From Lama guanicoe (Eukaryota): a stretch of DNA of 64,000 nt. The notes beneath the pieces are model-generated. The model was not told the DNA's origin, made no database searches, and saw only the letters and a list, made by a program, of their open reading frames with translations. Where the stretch lies: contig MU054187.1 in assembly GCA_013239625.1 (NCBI GenBank), forward strand, positions 18,778,711-18,842,710, given 5' to 3'. Shown one piece after another: positions 11,151 to 23,265 of the stretch; within the stretch, counting starts at the first letter, position 1; each line of letters begins with the position of its first letter. A program made the translations under genes and the position numbers.

Positions 11151-13379
11151 TCTCGAGCCAGATAAGGGTTATTTTTACCACATACTCTTTTATTTGGGAA
11201 TATTGCAAGTTGGAGAGGTTTGACTCTATTTTAAAAGAATCACTGTTCTTCATCGCCAGTTAATGTGTACTCTAGTCAGCCTCCCCTCATCCCTGATTAT
11301 CACCTTGTCCTTTATCCCTTTAGTTAGCTCAAGGATGGAAATGATGTCACCACTCATTGAGAAGTCAAATGGCAGTCAGGGATGGGGGAAGATTTAGGAA
11401 TGGGGTTAAGGGTGAGTGCTAGCTATTGAATATATCACTTATTTTAAAAATAGTTAAAAAAAAAACCCGAAAGTCCCACTTTATGCCAGTGTCATCCCCT
11501 GTGGACACTCCTGGTGCCCTGCTCAAATTGCTCTCATCCGTCTCACCAGTCCTGTTTGTCTGTCCCCAGGTCCTGTGTGTTTTGCTGGTACTGTAATGGA
11601 AGGAAGGCTGTCCTTTAGTAATGGAGCGGCCTAGCCCACAGGGAGACCAGGAACTGCCCAAGAGCCCTCGTGTCCCCCAGTGTGGTCCAGGGGACAGCAC
11701 ACGGGGGTGGGAGTACAAAAGCCCAGCTTCTTGCCTCGAGGTGGGGCGACCACTGAGGCACAGTTTGTACTCCAGAGCTTGGAGTGGGACCAGGCTGGGC
11801 CTAGGCCTTGACTTGAAACTGCTCCTGGGCTTGACTTCTTACTTTTCTTTATCTCGTTTCACCTACTTTCTTACTAGTTCCTTCTGGAATCGTTTCCTTA
11901 AAAAAAAAAAATCACTTGAACTCAAATCCTTGATTCAGAGTCAGCTTTTGGGAGAAAATTCCTTCACGGGAAATTCATCTAAAATAAAGATCCAGCCATG
12001 TGGCTCTCCCGCTGAAAGCTTCAGCAGGTGCTCGTCACCCGCTTGGTGTCTTCACGTGGCATTCAAGGCTGGCCGCCGTTGGCCTTGGTCAACCAAGTCT
12101 CAGTATCCCAGCATCCTAACTCATGGGGCACTGGTGTTGAACAGTTTTGGTTTCCCCATTCATCTCCTTGTTGCCTGCTTGGTTTCTGGTGTCCCCATTA
12201 TCTGGGAAACTCCCAGCAGCCCCTCAGCTCCCACATCTCCCCCAGATGGCTTTTCTACTCTTCTAACAACCTATCCAATCACTTTCAAATGTGTCGGCAT
12301 TGACCACACTATGTTGCAACTCTCCTGTTTGTCTACCCAATTTGACAGCGATATCCTTAAAAGCAGGGAGCTTGCCTTCACCATTTTAAAATCCCCACTG
12401 GCTAGCGCCATGCCTAACACATAGAAGGTGGTCATCAAAGTTTTTGAATGGATTCACATAACCATTTTTTCATGCAGAGTAACCAGAGATAGAAAGGTAA
12501 TTATAGCAGTAGGTGTGTCAATTCAATTCTATCACATGGAAACTAGAAGCACACTCTTAGAATAATAAAAATGTCAAAGACTTTCAAAATATTTATGTTT
12601 CTGGCAGTCAAGGCATAACTACAGGGGTTAAACTGATTAGGTATAGGTCTTAGGGCTTCATCCTACAATATATACCTTGGACTCTTTTGCTCAAAATTGT
12701 TTTACTCCATCTCGGATTATATAACTGACTGGTTTGAGCCTTTATTTAACTCTTGTTGTTTTTTGAGTGGCTTTGTTTACAAAAAAAATTTTTTTTAACT
12801 TTGTGGTTTTCGTGGACTCTGCAGGACTGCTCCCTGACCTCACTCCTGGATTAGGAACACAGCCTACTAGTTCCACAGCAGCCGCTCACCACTATGCCTC
12901 ATTTCTTAGCGGTGCTGGCATAAGTGAAAATGCCACAGGAAAAACAAGAGAGAGAGCTAAAATAAGCTCACTCAGTTTCATCCTGCCAGAAACTATTCGG
13001 AAGAATAATGCAACATCCATCAAATGTGCAAATGTCAAAATTCGGAGAAAAAGAAATGTATTTGCTACTTTTAAGGAAAAGTCACATCCCATAAACTGGA
13101 GAAGAGTGTTTGCAACCTTTAGAAACTTGGCAAGAGGATTTGTAGCTTTGAGAGCCAGGGTCGTAGTGAGGTGAGAGGTCACAGCAAGTATGGTCCACAG
13201 GCATTCACTTGGGCAAGGGGAGGTTTTTTTTAAATCTACAAATGGTCCACACCTGGAAGATCTCGAGCCAGAGCTGCACTGGGGCACCCAGAGTCACATT
13301 TCTGCCATCAAATGTCTGAGGACCAGGGTCCTTTCCTGTCTTATGTTCCTCAGATTATGGTCTACCTGCCACTCACTCT

Positions 13380-13898
13380 TATTACCAAGTCCAAACTCAC
13401 TCTGCTTGCTGCATGACAGGCCAATAAATTGGGAGATGAAGTATTGGGGCAAGGAATAAAGACTTCATTTGGAAAGCCAGCAGACCGAGAAGATGGGGGA
13501 CTGATGTCCTGGAGAACCATCCTACCCAAGTCAGAATTGAGGCTCTTTTATACTATAAAGGGGAAGGGGCGTGGTTGGTTGTTGCAAAATTCTTGGTGTC
13601 AGAATCCTTTTTTCTTGGAGCTGTCCACATTGGTCAGGTCATGGTGTCCCTGTAAACCTTTAACAAGACAAAGGTTATTTTCCATTCTGCAACTTTTTAT
13701 CTTTATATGAATGGGAAAGTGTTATACCCTTAAAGGTCAGAGCTTTGAAAATGGGCTTTCCTGTCTATTTCAGGCTCTAGGCAACATTCTTTTACAAAAG
13801 GTGCAGAACTAGCATGATTAAGCACAGGAAACAGAGCACAGGTTTAGAGCCAAAAGAACAGATCTAATGTGGAGGCAGATTTGTTTTTCCCTGCTACA
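13380..13898 (-). mobile_element. ERV1-class solo LTR (cetartiodactyl type; subfamily not assigned)
   Basis: About 520 bp, t(a)ttacc..ctaca termini; ccaataaat..ggggcaaggaata..ggaaagccagcagaccgagaagatgg resembles LTRs recalled from artiodactyl genomes. Confidence 0.65.
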
Positions 13899-13899
13899 C

Positions 13900-14925
13900 G
13901 CCCATCCCCTCTTACCTGCTCAAGGATGTCGTTTCAACAGTTATCCCTTTCCCACATCATCAGTCTTTCCTTTCTCCTGGACCATTCCCATCAGCATCAA
14001 CCCTGTTATTTTTTCTATGTCTCCCAAATCTGTTCTTTTTCCTCCCTTTTCACAATGGCTCTTGTGCCTTTTCACTTCTCCCCGCTCTAACAGAAGTTCT
14101 TTGAAAAGTTTTCTCTACTACTGCCTCCAGTTACTTTCCTCACATTCTCAGTTAAACCCTCTCCAGTGAGGCGTTCACCCTGTTACTTTACCAAAACTGC
14201 ACTTGTCAAGGTTATTGTTGACCATCACATTGTCAAAGCCAATGGTCAGTTCTCAGTCCTCAACCTACCTGACCCTTCAGCAGCATTTAGCACAGTCGTT
14301 CATGTCCTCTTCAAAAACCCTTCTCCCCTGGGCCTCTAGGAAAACGCACGCTCCTGGCTTTCCTCCTAGCTCACTGGTCCCTCCTTGTCAGTCTCTATGC
14401 TGATTCCTCTTCATCTCTTTGGCTTCCTGACATTGAAATGCTACATACTCAGTCTTTTGAACTCTTTTCTTTTCTCTCTACTTTCATTGAGAGTTCATCC
14501 AGTCTTGTGCTTTAAACACCATTTACATGCTAATGACTTCCAAAGCTGTATTTTCAGTCTAGAATTCTCCTGTCTGCACTAGATTCATCTCTACTTGGAT
14601 GTCTAACATGCATCTTAAACTTAACATGTCTCCAAGTGAATCCCTGGTCTTTCTCTGAAAACCTCTCCATGAAGATCCCTCTCATTTCAGTGCTATCTGA
14701 GAATTGCTCAAGTTTAAGGTCTAGGACACAAGTTTGACTCCCCGCTTTTACTCATACCCCCAATACAAGTCATGAACAAATTCTGTTGTCTCTGCCTTCA
14801 AGATTTATCCAAATATGACCACTTCTCACTGTCCCCATTGCTGACATTATGGTCTAACTAAATCACCATCATCTCTCTCCTGGATTATTACTGTAACCTC
14901 CTAATTGGTCTTCTTGCTTCTACTT
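13900..14925 (+). mobile_element. L2 (L2a-like), about 1 kb
   Basis: ccaatggtcagttctcagtcctc, cagcagcatttagcacag, tctacttggatgtctaa..catcttaaacttaacatgtc, cctcctaattggtctt. Confidence 0.85.
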
Positions 14926-15039
14926 ATTTAAAAATACCACCAACACTACATTCTCATGCACACTCCATCCTCCATTACTTTGTTTTTCTCTATACTATTT
15001 ACTAACATTTATATATGTATATGAGTGTATATATGATAT

Positions 15040-16220
15040 AATTCAAAATACTCATTATTTTAATTGTGCATTTGATGAGTTTGACAAATTTATACCCATA
15101 TAACTACTACCACAATCAAGATGGAGAACATTTCCATCAGGTCAAAATTTTCCTTTTCCCCTTTCTTTGCAGTAAATTTATCTCCCCAATCCTGGCCCCA
15201 GGCAACAACTGATGTGCTTTTTTTAAAGACGGGGTGGGAGGAAGTGAGAGAAAGAACAACATGTTTAATTCTAATGGGAAAGATCCAGTAGAGGAGAAAA
15301 ACAGATGATGCAGATCACTGTAGATTGTAGTTGCCTTTTCTAGAATTTCATATAAATGGAATTGCTACAATATGTACCCTTTTGTATCTGTTGTCTTTCA
15401 CTCAACATAAATTTTTTGAGATTAATTCATCCTGTTGCATGTATCAGTAATTCATTCCTTTTTCTTTTTGATTAGTATTTCATTTTAAGGATGTACCACA
15501 ACTTGTTCTTAATTCGCTAGTTAATAGCTGTTTGAGTTATTTCCAAGTTGGGACTCTTATGAGTAAAGTTGAATAAATACTAATAAAACATTTGTGTATA
15601 AAACTGCGCATGGGTATATTTTCAGTTTCCTTGGGTAAATACTCAGAATGACTGGATCCTATGATCAGTATCTATTTATTTAACTTTATAAGAAACTGCT
15701 AAATTGTTTTCCAAAGTTATGGTACCATTTTACATTTCCATCAGCAGTGTATGAGAGTTCTAGGTTCTCTACATCCTTGGTAACACTTGATATTTTCAGT
15801 CTTTTTACTTTTAGCTATTCTGGTGGGTGTGTGGTGGTATCTCCTTGTGGTTTTAATTTGCATTTCTCTATGACTCATGGTGTTAAATGTCTTTTCATTT
15901 GCTTATCAGCCATCCATATATCTTCTTAGGCAAAGTATCTGCGGAAATCACTTGCCCATGTGTCTAACTGGGTTATTGTTTTCTTAGTGAGTTGTAAAAG
16001 TTCCCTGTTCTGGACACAGGACCCTTATCAGCGATTTGTACTAAATGTATTTTCTCCCAGCACACAGAGTACTTTTCATTTTCTTAATGGTGTCTTTTGA
16101 AGAAAAGATACAATCCTTTAAAAATTTTGATAAAGTCCAACTTATGAACTTTTTCTTTTATTATTTGAGCCTTTTGTGTCCTAAGACATCTTTGCTCTCC
16201 TTGAAGTTGTAAAGATTTTC
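15040..16220 (-). mobile_element. Old L1 (L1MB-like) 3' end + ORF2 end, interrupted at 15221-15314
   Basis: accacaatcaagatggagaacatttccatc, ccccaggcaacaactgat, gaatttcatataaatggaat, ccattttacatttccatcagcagtgtatgagagttc. Confidence 0.85.
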
Positions 16221-16409
16221 TTTTGTAACATAAAGTGTATTTTGCTCATTTTAATTTGTCTTCCACAAAATAAAAAATGCTACTAAATGGTAGAAACTGC
16301 TGGAGAAATATTTGCACATTTGACATAAATGTTCATGTCTATACTTTCCAATTTACAGTCTACCTAGGCTGTATTGTCTTGCTTTGCTGATGAAGTTGTG
16401 TAAGCAGAC

Positions 16410-16600
16410 ACCACAGAGCATAGTGGTTAAGGGTAAAGACATGCAAAAGAGACCAGCCTGGAATTGAAATCTGCTGCCTGAGCACAGTGGCCTTGATTGG
16501 GCAAGTCACTTAACTTCTCGGGGCCTCTTGATTCCTCAAAGGCAAAATGGAAAGAATGATGATTTTATGAGATACTACACACGATCCTGGGCACATGGAT
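16410..16600 (+). mobile_element. MIR
   Basis: agcatagtggttaag..tgggcaagtcacttaacttctc..aaaatgg. Confidence 0.7.
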
Positions 16601-19177
16601 GCAGTTGTATGACTTTAGATGCTATCATCAGCATCATTATTATTAAAGTAAATCTGAAGCCTCCAGTGAGAATTATCCAACAAGCTAGGATAAATAGTAT
16701 TTATAGAATAGTCAGAAGTTAGAAGTATTGCTATGATTATTATTAAATTACTATATGAACATTTCCCAAGTATAATAAGCCACACATTTCACAGTTGGCA
16801 GTATGTTTTCCTAACAAAAATTTGGGGGTGTTTGTAATTTGTTAGAGCCATATGTCAACAGATTCTTTCCAAAGTTCTAAGAATAGAATAACCTCAAATT
16901 ATTTTCACCACAAAAGGACCATCTAAAAATGACTTGGCTGGTGCTGCTTCTGTTTCATAAAGTCAGGTCTGGAAAAGTTTTTGTAAGTTTAATGTATTTG
17001 TAGCAATTTCTTGTTTGTTCTCTTTTCATCCTTTACCATGACAACCACTCATCAGTCACATGCTAGGTCTTAGGACAGAATATCATTTACCTGCTATATC
17101 TCTTTCCCACTCACCTTCTCTGATAACATGTTAACAGAAACATGATTCCAATTTCGGGCAAGTTGGCAACGTAGCTAGGTTTCCCTCATTATTTCTATGT
17201 CATTTATAATTAGGTCGCCTTGTCAACATTTAAAATCTTGGACTAAATATTTAATAAGCAATCTGGGCTCAGACATTGGTTGCATTTAATAAATAAATAT
17301 TTTAAACCAGCCACTCAAAAAGGATGACTTTTGGGTTTCTTCTGATAACTGTTAAGCCATATGCACAGAAGTCTCATTATTTGTTCTGCCGTGACTTTCC
17401 CGGAGGATGCAAACACAGTACAACTGATTTTGATGTAAATAGGTTGTGATGACCGAGGGGCTTTTGCTGTTTGGGTTGCTTTAAAGCTTTATTGCTCGCA
17501 CAGCAGTGCCCATTCGGCAGTGAAACATCCCGAGAGCCCGAAATGACTCATACTTCACACTCTCACTGATCTATCAGCTTCAATTCAAACCACACAAGCT
17601 GCACACAGTTTGGTTTTGACTGTTCATCACAGAGTTAAGTAGGATTTAGCTAAACGTTTATTTGCTTCCTTACTCTTGAATTATAGTCTATCTCTCCATG
17701 TTTGCTCAGGGTGTATTATTCTTTTTCAGGAATAGGAAAGCTGGTTCCTGTCATAACAGAAGTATTCTGCTTTCTGATCACCTTGCAAGTCGTACAGAAT
17801 GTCTTTGGGTGTCAGTGTGTTGTGTGGTCTTCTTTCCCCCTCATTTCTCCACTTCTTTTAGGTTTTACAAGGAAGCTGCTCTTGCTGGGACCCAACCAAG
17901 ACACAGTCATGTCAAGAGAAGCCCTGGGATTTATGACCAGCAGGTCTCAATGAAGCAGGCTTCTTCTGGCCAAACAGACGCTATGTTTCCTAAGCATGGG
18001 AGGAGTGGAGGAGGCGACATTGGGGGCCCCCCACCAAAGCCCGTTGCCCTTGGTGAATTAAAGCTTCATTCCTTTGGCTTTACTCTACCATGTGGATAAG
18101 TCTCATTACGTGTTCTGTCGATGCCCCTAAGAGAATAATTATTTTAGATGATCAGTTTCATATGTTTAAATGTGAACAGGTTCCCAGTCAGTTCGTATGA
18201 ACTGACGTCTGTAAGAGAGAAGATACAGGAGGGAGGCAGAACCAAGTAGAACATCAGACCACTGGGTACATGGGAGGGGATGGAGGGCTATTGAAATACA
18301 GGATAGAAAAACGCTGTCAAACCCCGAATCTTCATACTTTCCAGTTTGTCTGAATTATGGAAATGGGGTGCAGAGGCCTTTGTGGTGATCAAGCAAACAG
18401 TCAATCTACTGCTACTGGTGTTAATATCACCCAGAAGGCTCAAAAACTACCTAAGCCCGGGCCCCACCCTCACCTCCAGCCAGGCTGATTTAAATGACCT
18501 GGGATAGTTCCCAAAGATCAGTATTGTATTCACTCTGTCAGTGTTTTTCAAATGCAGCCTGAGTAGAGAAGCTCAGCCTAAAGGAAGTTTCAGGAGCCCC
18601 CAAGAGTGGGGATCCCCACTTTGGTGCCTTCTCTTAAGGAGCTTGGGGGAAGTCCTCAGGACTATTCAGCAATGGAAGAAATCCCCACTTCTATTTTGTG
18701 GGAAGAGGAGGAGGAGATGGTCGGTCATCACCCCTGGAAACTCCCTGGGGCCTTACGACTCTCCCTGGTCTCTCCACACAGAAACCAGCCACAGAATGCC
18801 TCCCTAAAGAAGCCGTGGTCTGCTGCTCCTGTCCGTTTTTCCACATTCTTTCAGAACCAAATTCCTTTGGAGATATTTACAATTAGCCTTTTCTCAAGTT
18901 AGATTGCAGACAAGTTGGTACGGTTATAACATGATTTTCCTGTTTGGTGTGGATTGAGACCTACTTCTCCAGCAGCAAGAAAGCCTGTGGGGTTTTATGG
19001 CATGTTTCTTAAACACATTCATGATGCAGTTGACGACGACAACAGATGTGGAAAAAAATATATCCTAATATTATCCATGTTAAAGTCAGATTAATGATGC
19101 TGAGCTTCTAGGTTACAAAGGACAAGTAAAAAAAAAAAAACTGAATCAGCTTTCTTATCTGAAAAATAGAATTGCCC

Positions 19178-19275
19178 GGGGGAGGGTATAGCTCAAGTAC
19201 TTAGCACGAATAAATTAAAAAATCAACCTCATTATCACCCCCTCCACCAAAAAAAAAAAAGAAAAAAACTAAATT
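19178..19275 (+). mobile_element. Internally deleted Vic-1-type SINE with TSD
   Basis: Head ggggagggtatagctcaagt, B box missing, tail aacctcattatcaccccc; TSD aaaaatagaattgc / aaaaatggaattgc. Confidence 0.8.
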
Positions 19276-20069
19276 AAAAATGGAATTGCAAGAGCTGCGT
19301 TTCCTGTCAAAGATTTGTTTATGAAGATTAAATTAGATAATCTAAGTGAGTTTACTTAAAAGCTATATGTTATTCTTCAGAAGTGAAGTACTGTTACACT
19401 TCAGTTAAGGTCTATTTTTCAATTTAGAATGGTTTGCGTTAGAAAAAAAAAACCCACATTATTTAGCCAGTTTCCAATGTCAGGAAATCATGGAAGATAA
19501 AAATACCTGTATTAGCTCACACATAAGTACAAAGATCTTGCACTGGTAAAGATTTTAAAGTTTTCTTTTTTTAACTTTTCAGAGGTTTTGAACATTTTAT
19601 CTTTATAATCACTTAATAGAAAATAAACCACCAAAGTGAGCAATTTCAGCACATGGACTGTCTTGTCCCTTCTAGATTCAAACTGCTTTTATCCTCTCTA
19701 GCCCCCCACGTTATTTTTGAAATGACTCCCAGACTTTTTTTTTTTAACCATTTCAGTCATAAGTACTTCAAAAGTTGAAACACTTTTTGAGATAAATGGT
19801 CGTGGTTTTAAACACTGACAAATATGGAAACTGAGTCACCCTGGCACGGCACCTTGCCCAAGGTTACATGACTTATTAATAGAATGAGAACTTGAAACAA
19901 GCTCTTTAATTTTATTAGAAAGAAGCAATCCCTCCCCTTTTGGTTTTCAAAAAAATGTATCATGTCTGATGGGTATATATGTTTTGTTAAACACAATACC
20001 AAATGTGTATTGTTTGGGGTGGCAGTCATTGATCAGGGAATAAATAAGTTGTAGAAATGAGTCGCAAAG

Positions 20070-20124
20070 TCAAAGAACTAGATGGGACTTGATTAAACTC
20101 AAAGAACTAGATGGGACTTGATTA
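20070..20124 (+). repeat. Perfect 26-bp direct duplication with 3-nt spacer
   Basis: tcaaagaactagatgggacttgatta at 20070-20095 and 20099-20124. Confidence 0.95.
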
Positions 20125-20194
20125 TCTTGTCCAATCTCCTCATTTTAAAGATGAGGAAAATAAGGTCTACAGAGATTAAGATATAGAGAGAGAG

Positions 20195-20317
20195 AGCGCA
20201 TGCTTAGCATGCACAAAGTCCTGGGTTCAATCCCCAGTTACTCCTCTAAAAATAAGTAAATAAGTAAACCTAATTATCACCTCCCCCACCTCCCCCAAAA
20301 AAAGAAAAAAAAGAAAA
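20195..20317 (+). mobile_element. 5'-truncated Vic-1-type SINE
   Basis: gcgcatgcttagcatgcac..gtcctgggttcaatccccag..aaacctaattatcacctcccc + A tail. Confidence 0.85.
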
Positions 20318-20714
20318 GCCTGTATTCACTGTCTGGAACTTTATAAAGAGAATTAGCCGACACTTTACAGAGAAGATGCGAGAGATTTCAATGGGTAAGA
20401 TAACTAAGAATTTGCTTTGAAAGAATTTAAATGAGCTCTACAAAGATTTTATTTTATACTCCTCAATGTTGTGTCACAGTGACATTAATATTGGTGATTT
20501 TAAAGGTGACAGAGTGATGACAACGGCTAAGCGTCCGGACAGGTTAGATTCATTTTGGAGCCAGTAAAGCAGAGCAAAGATCTTCACGGAGCAATGATTC
20601 TGGGCCGGACAAACATGACAAAATATACTTATATACAGAAAACATCAGATTGAAAAGATGAGGTTGTAGAAAGGAAAAGTTTGTATCTGGGGAAAAAAAC
20701 AAACCCAACAACAT

Positions 20715-20847
20715 TTTTTTTATTAAAATGTTTTTTCTTTTTGGGGTAATTAGGTTTACTTATTTTTTAAACGGAGGTACTGGGGATTGAACCCAGGACC
20801 TCATGCATGCCAGGCATGCACTGTACCACTGAGCTGTACCCTCCCCC
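20715..20847 (-). mobile_element. Vic-1-type SINE
   Basis: Reverse complement of full A/B-box head and cctaattacccc tail. Confidence 0.9.
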
Positions 20848-21259
20848 ATGACAACATTTAGTTCAGAGGTTTCCTGAGGAACTCAGATGGAAGTATGTCT
20901 GTGTGCACTACATCCAGTCACAGATGGTGACGAGCAGATTAGCACAAGTTAGAGCGGTGGAACTGTGGTCTCAGGGCTTATGGGCCAGCATCCTTCATGG
21001 ATACAGCAGTCAGCAGGAGTTATGGCCCCAGGGCAAACAAGTCTCATGGGGCACCAAGGAGAGCTTCCAGGCAGTTGTTACTCTGGCAGCATTCTCTTGA
21101 ACACTGGAGATTTTTAGATGCAATATCGGCTCAGTTACTACATTGGTTTTATTCTGTTCCTTGAAAGACCTTGATTGCTTACACTGGTGGTTCTTGATCA
21201 TGGGATGTTAAAAACAAACAAAAACCAACACTGATGCTGGGGCCAGATTCTCAGAGGGT

Positions 21260-21361
21260 TTTGGTTTTGTTTTTGTGTTTTTAAATAGAGAAACTGAGGA
21301 TTGAACCCAGGACCTGGTGTGTGCTAAGCATGTGCTCTACCACTAAGCTATACCCTCCCCC
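21260..21361 (-). mobile_element. Vic-1-type SINE (short form) inserted in a MER5-like element
   Basis: gattgaacccaggacc..gctaagcatg..ctaccactaagctataccctcccc; flanks (about 21190-21460) are MER5-like. Confidence 0.85.
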
Positions 21362-23114
21362 ATCAGAGACTTTTCACTTAATTGAAACAAGCGAAGCCAA
21401 GACAGGGGTATATTTTTCATTCTCCTTAAGTGATTTTGAGCTGTGCCTTGGGTTAAGAACTGCTAGCTTAGGGGATGTGGAGCCCTCTCTGACTGGACCT
21501 CTTCTGGGGGATGAGAGATCGCCTTCCTACACCCAGGAGCCAATCCCATCACTGCCGAACAGGGGTGCCATTCTCTCTGAGAGGATGTAGGGTTAATTGG
21601 AATGGGGGCTGATAATGTACAATCCATGTCTTCTCAGGACGTTGACTCCCCTCAGCTCAGTGGTCAGAGTTCAACCGTGAAGACCTGTATATGTCATCAG
21701 AGTTCTCCTCATTGGAGACCTGGACATCCTCTGAAACCAGAGAAGAAAAATATTTTTAGGCCAGATCTTAACAGAAGACTTCTAAGGCCCGGTTCCCATT
21801 CTGTGCCTGGCCTAGATGTAACCATCAGGAATTGGTTGTCAGATCCGGTCCAAACAGTTCTGTGCTGCCCGTGGAGAAGTGAGTATTATATGCCACCCTG
21901 TCTTCCCAGGGCACACAGCCTTATTCTATGGCTCCGTGTGGCTGCACTTACACAGAAATCATTATTTCCACTTTAGGGTGAGAACTGAGAATGTGGATGG
22001 ATTCCCCGAATTTGAAAGAGTGAAGCAATGACCACACCCTTTCCCCCCATAAGCTGGAAATGAGTTTCTTTTTTATTTCCTGTGACACGATGTGTTTCTT
22101 ATCAGGACAACGACATCAACTTTGGTACCGTAGGCAACTCATATTAGCCAATTATTTTTCTTTTTAAGATATGGATTTTAATTTTCTTTTCTTTATTTAC
22201 TTTTGCATTAAAAAAGGTCTACATGCTTCATCATTTGAATAACTTGGAAAAGCAAAATGAAATAAAAAGAAAGGATAATTTTACTATTCAGAAAATCGTA
22301 TTTACCATTTTGGCTTATGTCTTTTCAGATTTTCTTTTTTTTTTTTAATTTCAAGAAAAACACAACTGACAATAATAAGGCAGGACCCAATCCTAGTAGG
22401 TAAAAAAATTCTAAGAAAGGCTCAAGTCAAAAGCTCAATTTTAAGAAGTAAGAAGCCCAGTAATCAAACTTGGACACCCCGAGGAATAGACACTGACTCA
22501 CTGAGTGTGGGTCTGGAGGCTAAGAAGTGTTTGATTTCTTAGCTTAGGATAGGTTCTGGAAACTGAGATCAGGTTGAGATTTAAATGGCCCCATCTTTGG
22601 GGAAGGGGAGGGCTACAAAGATCAGGAACCAGGTTGGGTCAAACAAGTGTCTTTTTTTTATTATATCATGGGCATTTCTTCCTTTGAAATATCTCTTAAA
22701 ACCATCCTTCCTCTCAACTCACCTAAAGCAGCCTGGTTGTCTTCCCTGACTGAGAATCTTCTGTCCACCAGATGACCCTACATACTGCTGCCAGATGAGT
22801 CTCCTTCAACTGCTATTTTAATGTTATCTTTCCACTAAGAGGAAATAAAAAATGGCTCCTGTTGTCAAATTGGGTTAGTTCCAAACTTCTGTGTGTTGCT
22901 TTCACGGTTCTCTGTAACAGCACTAACCCATTTATTCAGCATGGTTTTTTTTATGTCATATTCATTCTCTCTCACTCCAATCAGGTTGATGTACTAGTTG
23001 TTCTAAAAGTGCATCTTTCTCCTTACCATTGTCCCTACCTCATCCCCATATTATGGGCTTGTCTGGGATGTCCTACTTTCTTCCTTCTATTTATTATCTT
23101 AAAAGAACTTTTTT

Positions 23115-23265
23115 TTTAAATTGAAGTATAGTTGATTTACAATGTTGTGTTAGTTTCTGGTGTATACCATAGTGATTCAGTTATACATATACATATATTC
23201 TTTTCCATATTCTTTATCATTATAAGTTATTATAAGATATTGAATATAGTTCCCTATGCTAAACA
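23115..23265 (-). mobile_element. L1 3' tail fragment
   Basis: ttgaagtatagttgatttacaatgttgtgttagtttc..gtgattcagttata..attgaatatagttcccta. Confidence 0.85.

Noticed and set aside
11621..12424. Longest ORF (267 aa)
   Set aside because: No recognisable domain, runs through an A11 tract and ends in an L2-like 3' remnant; consistent with a chance ORF in GC-richer DNA
22370..22650. Possible LTR fragment
   Set aside because: Composition is suggestive, but I could identify no termini, TSD or family match
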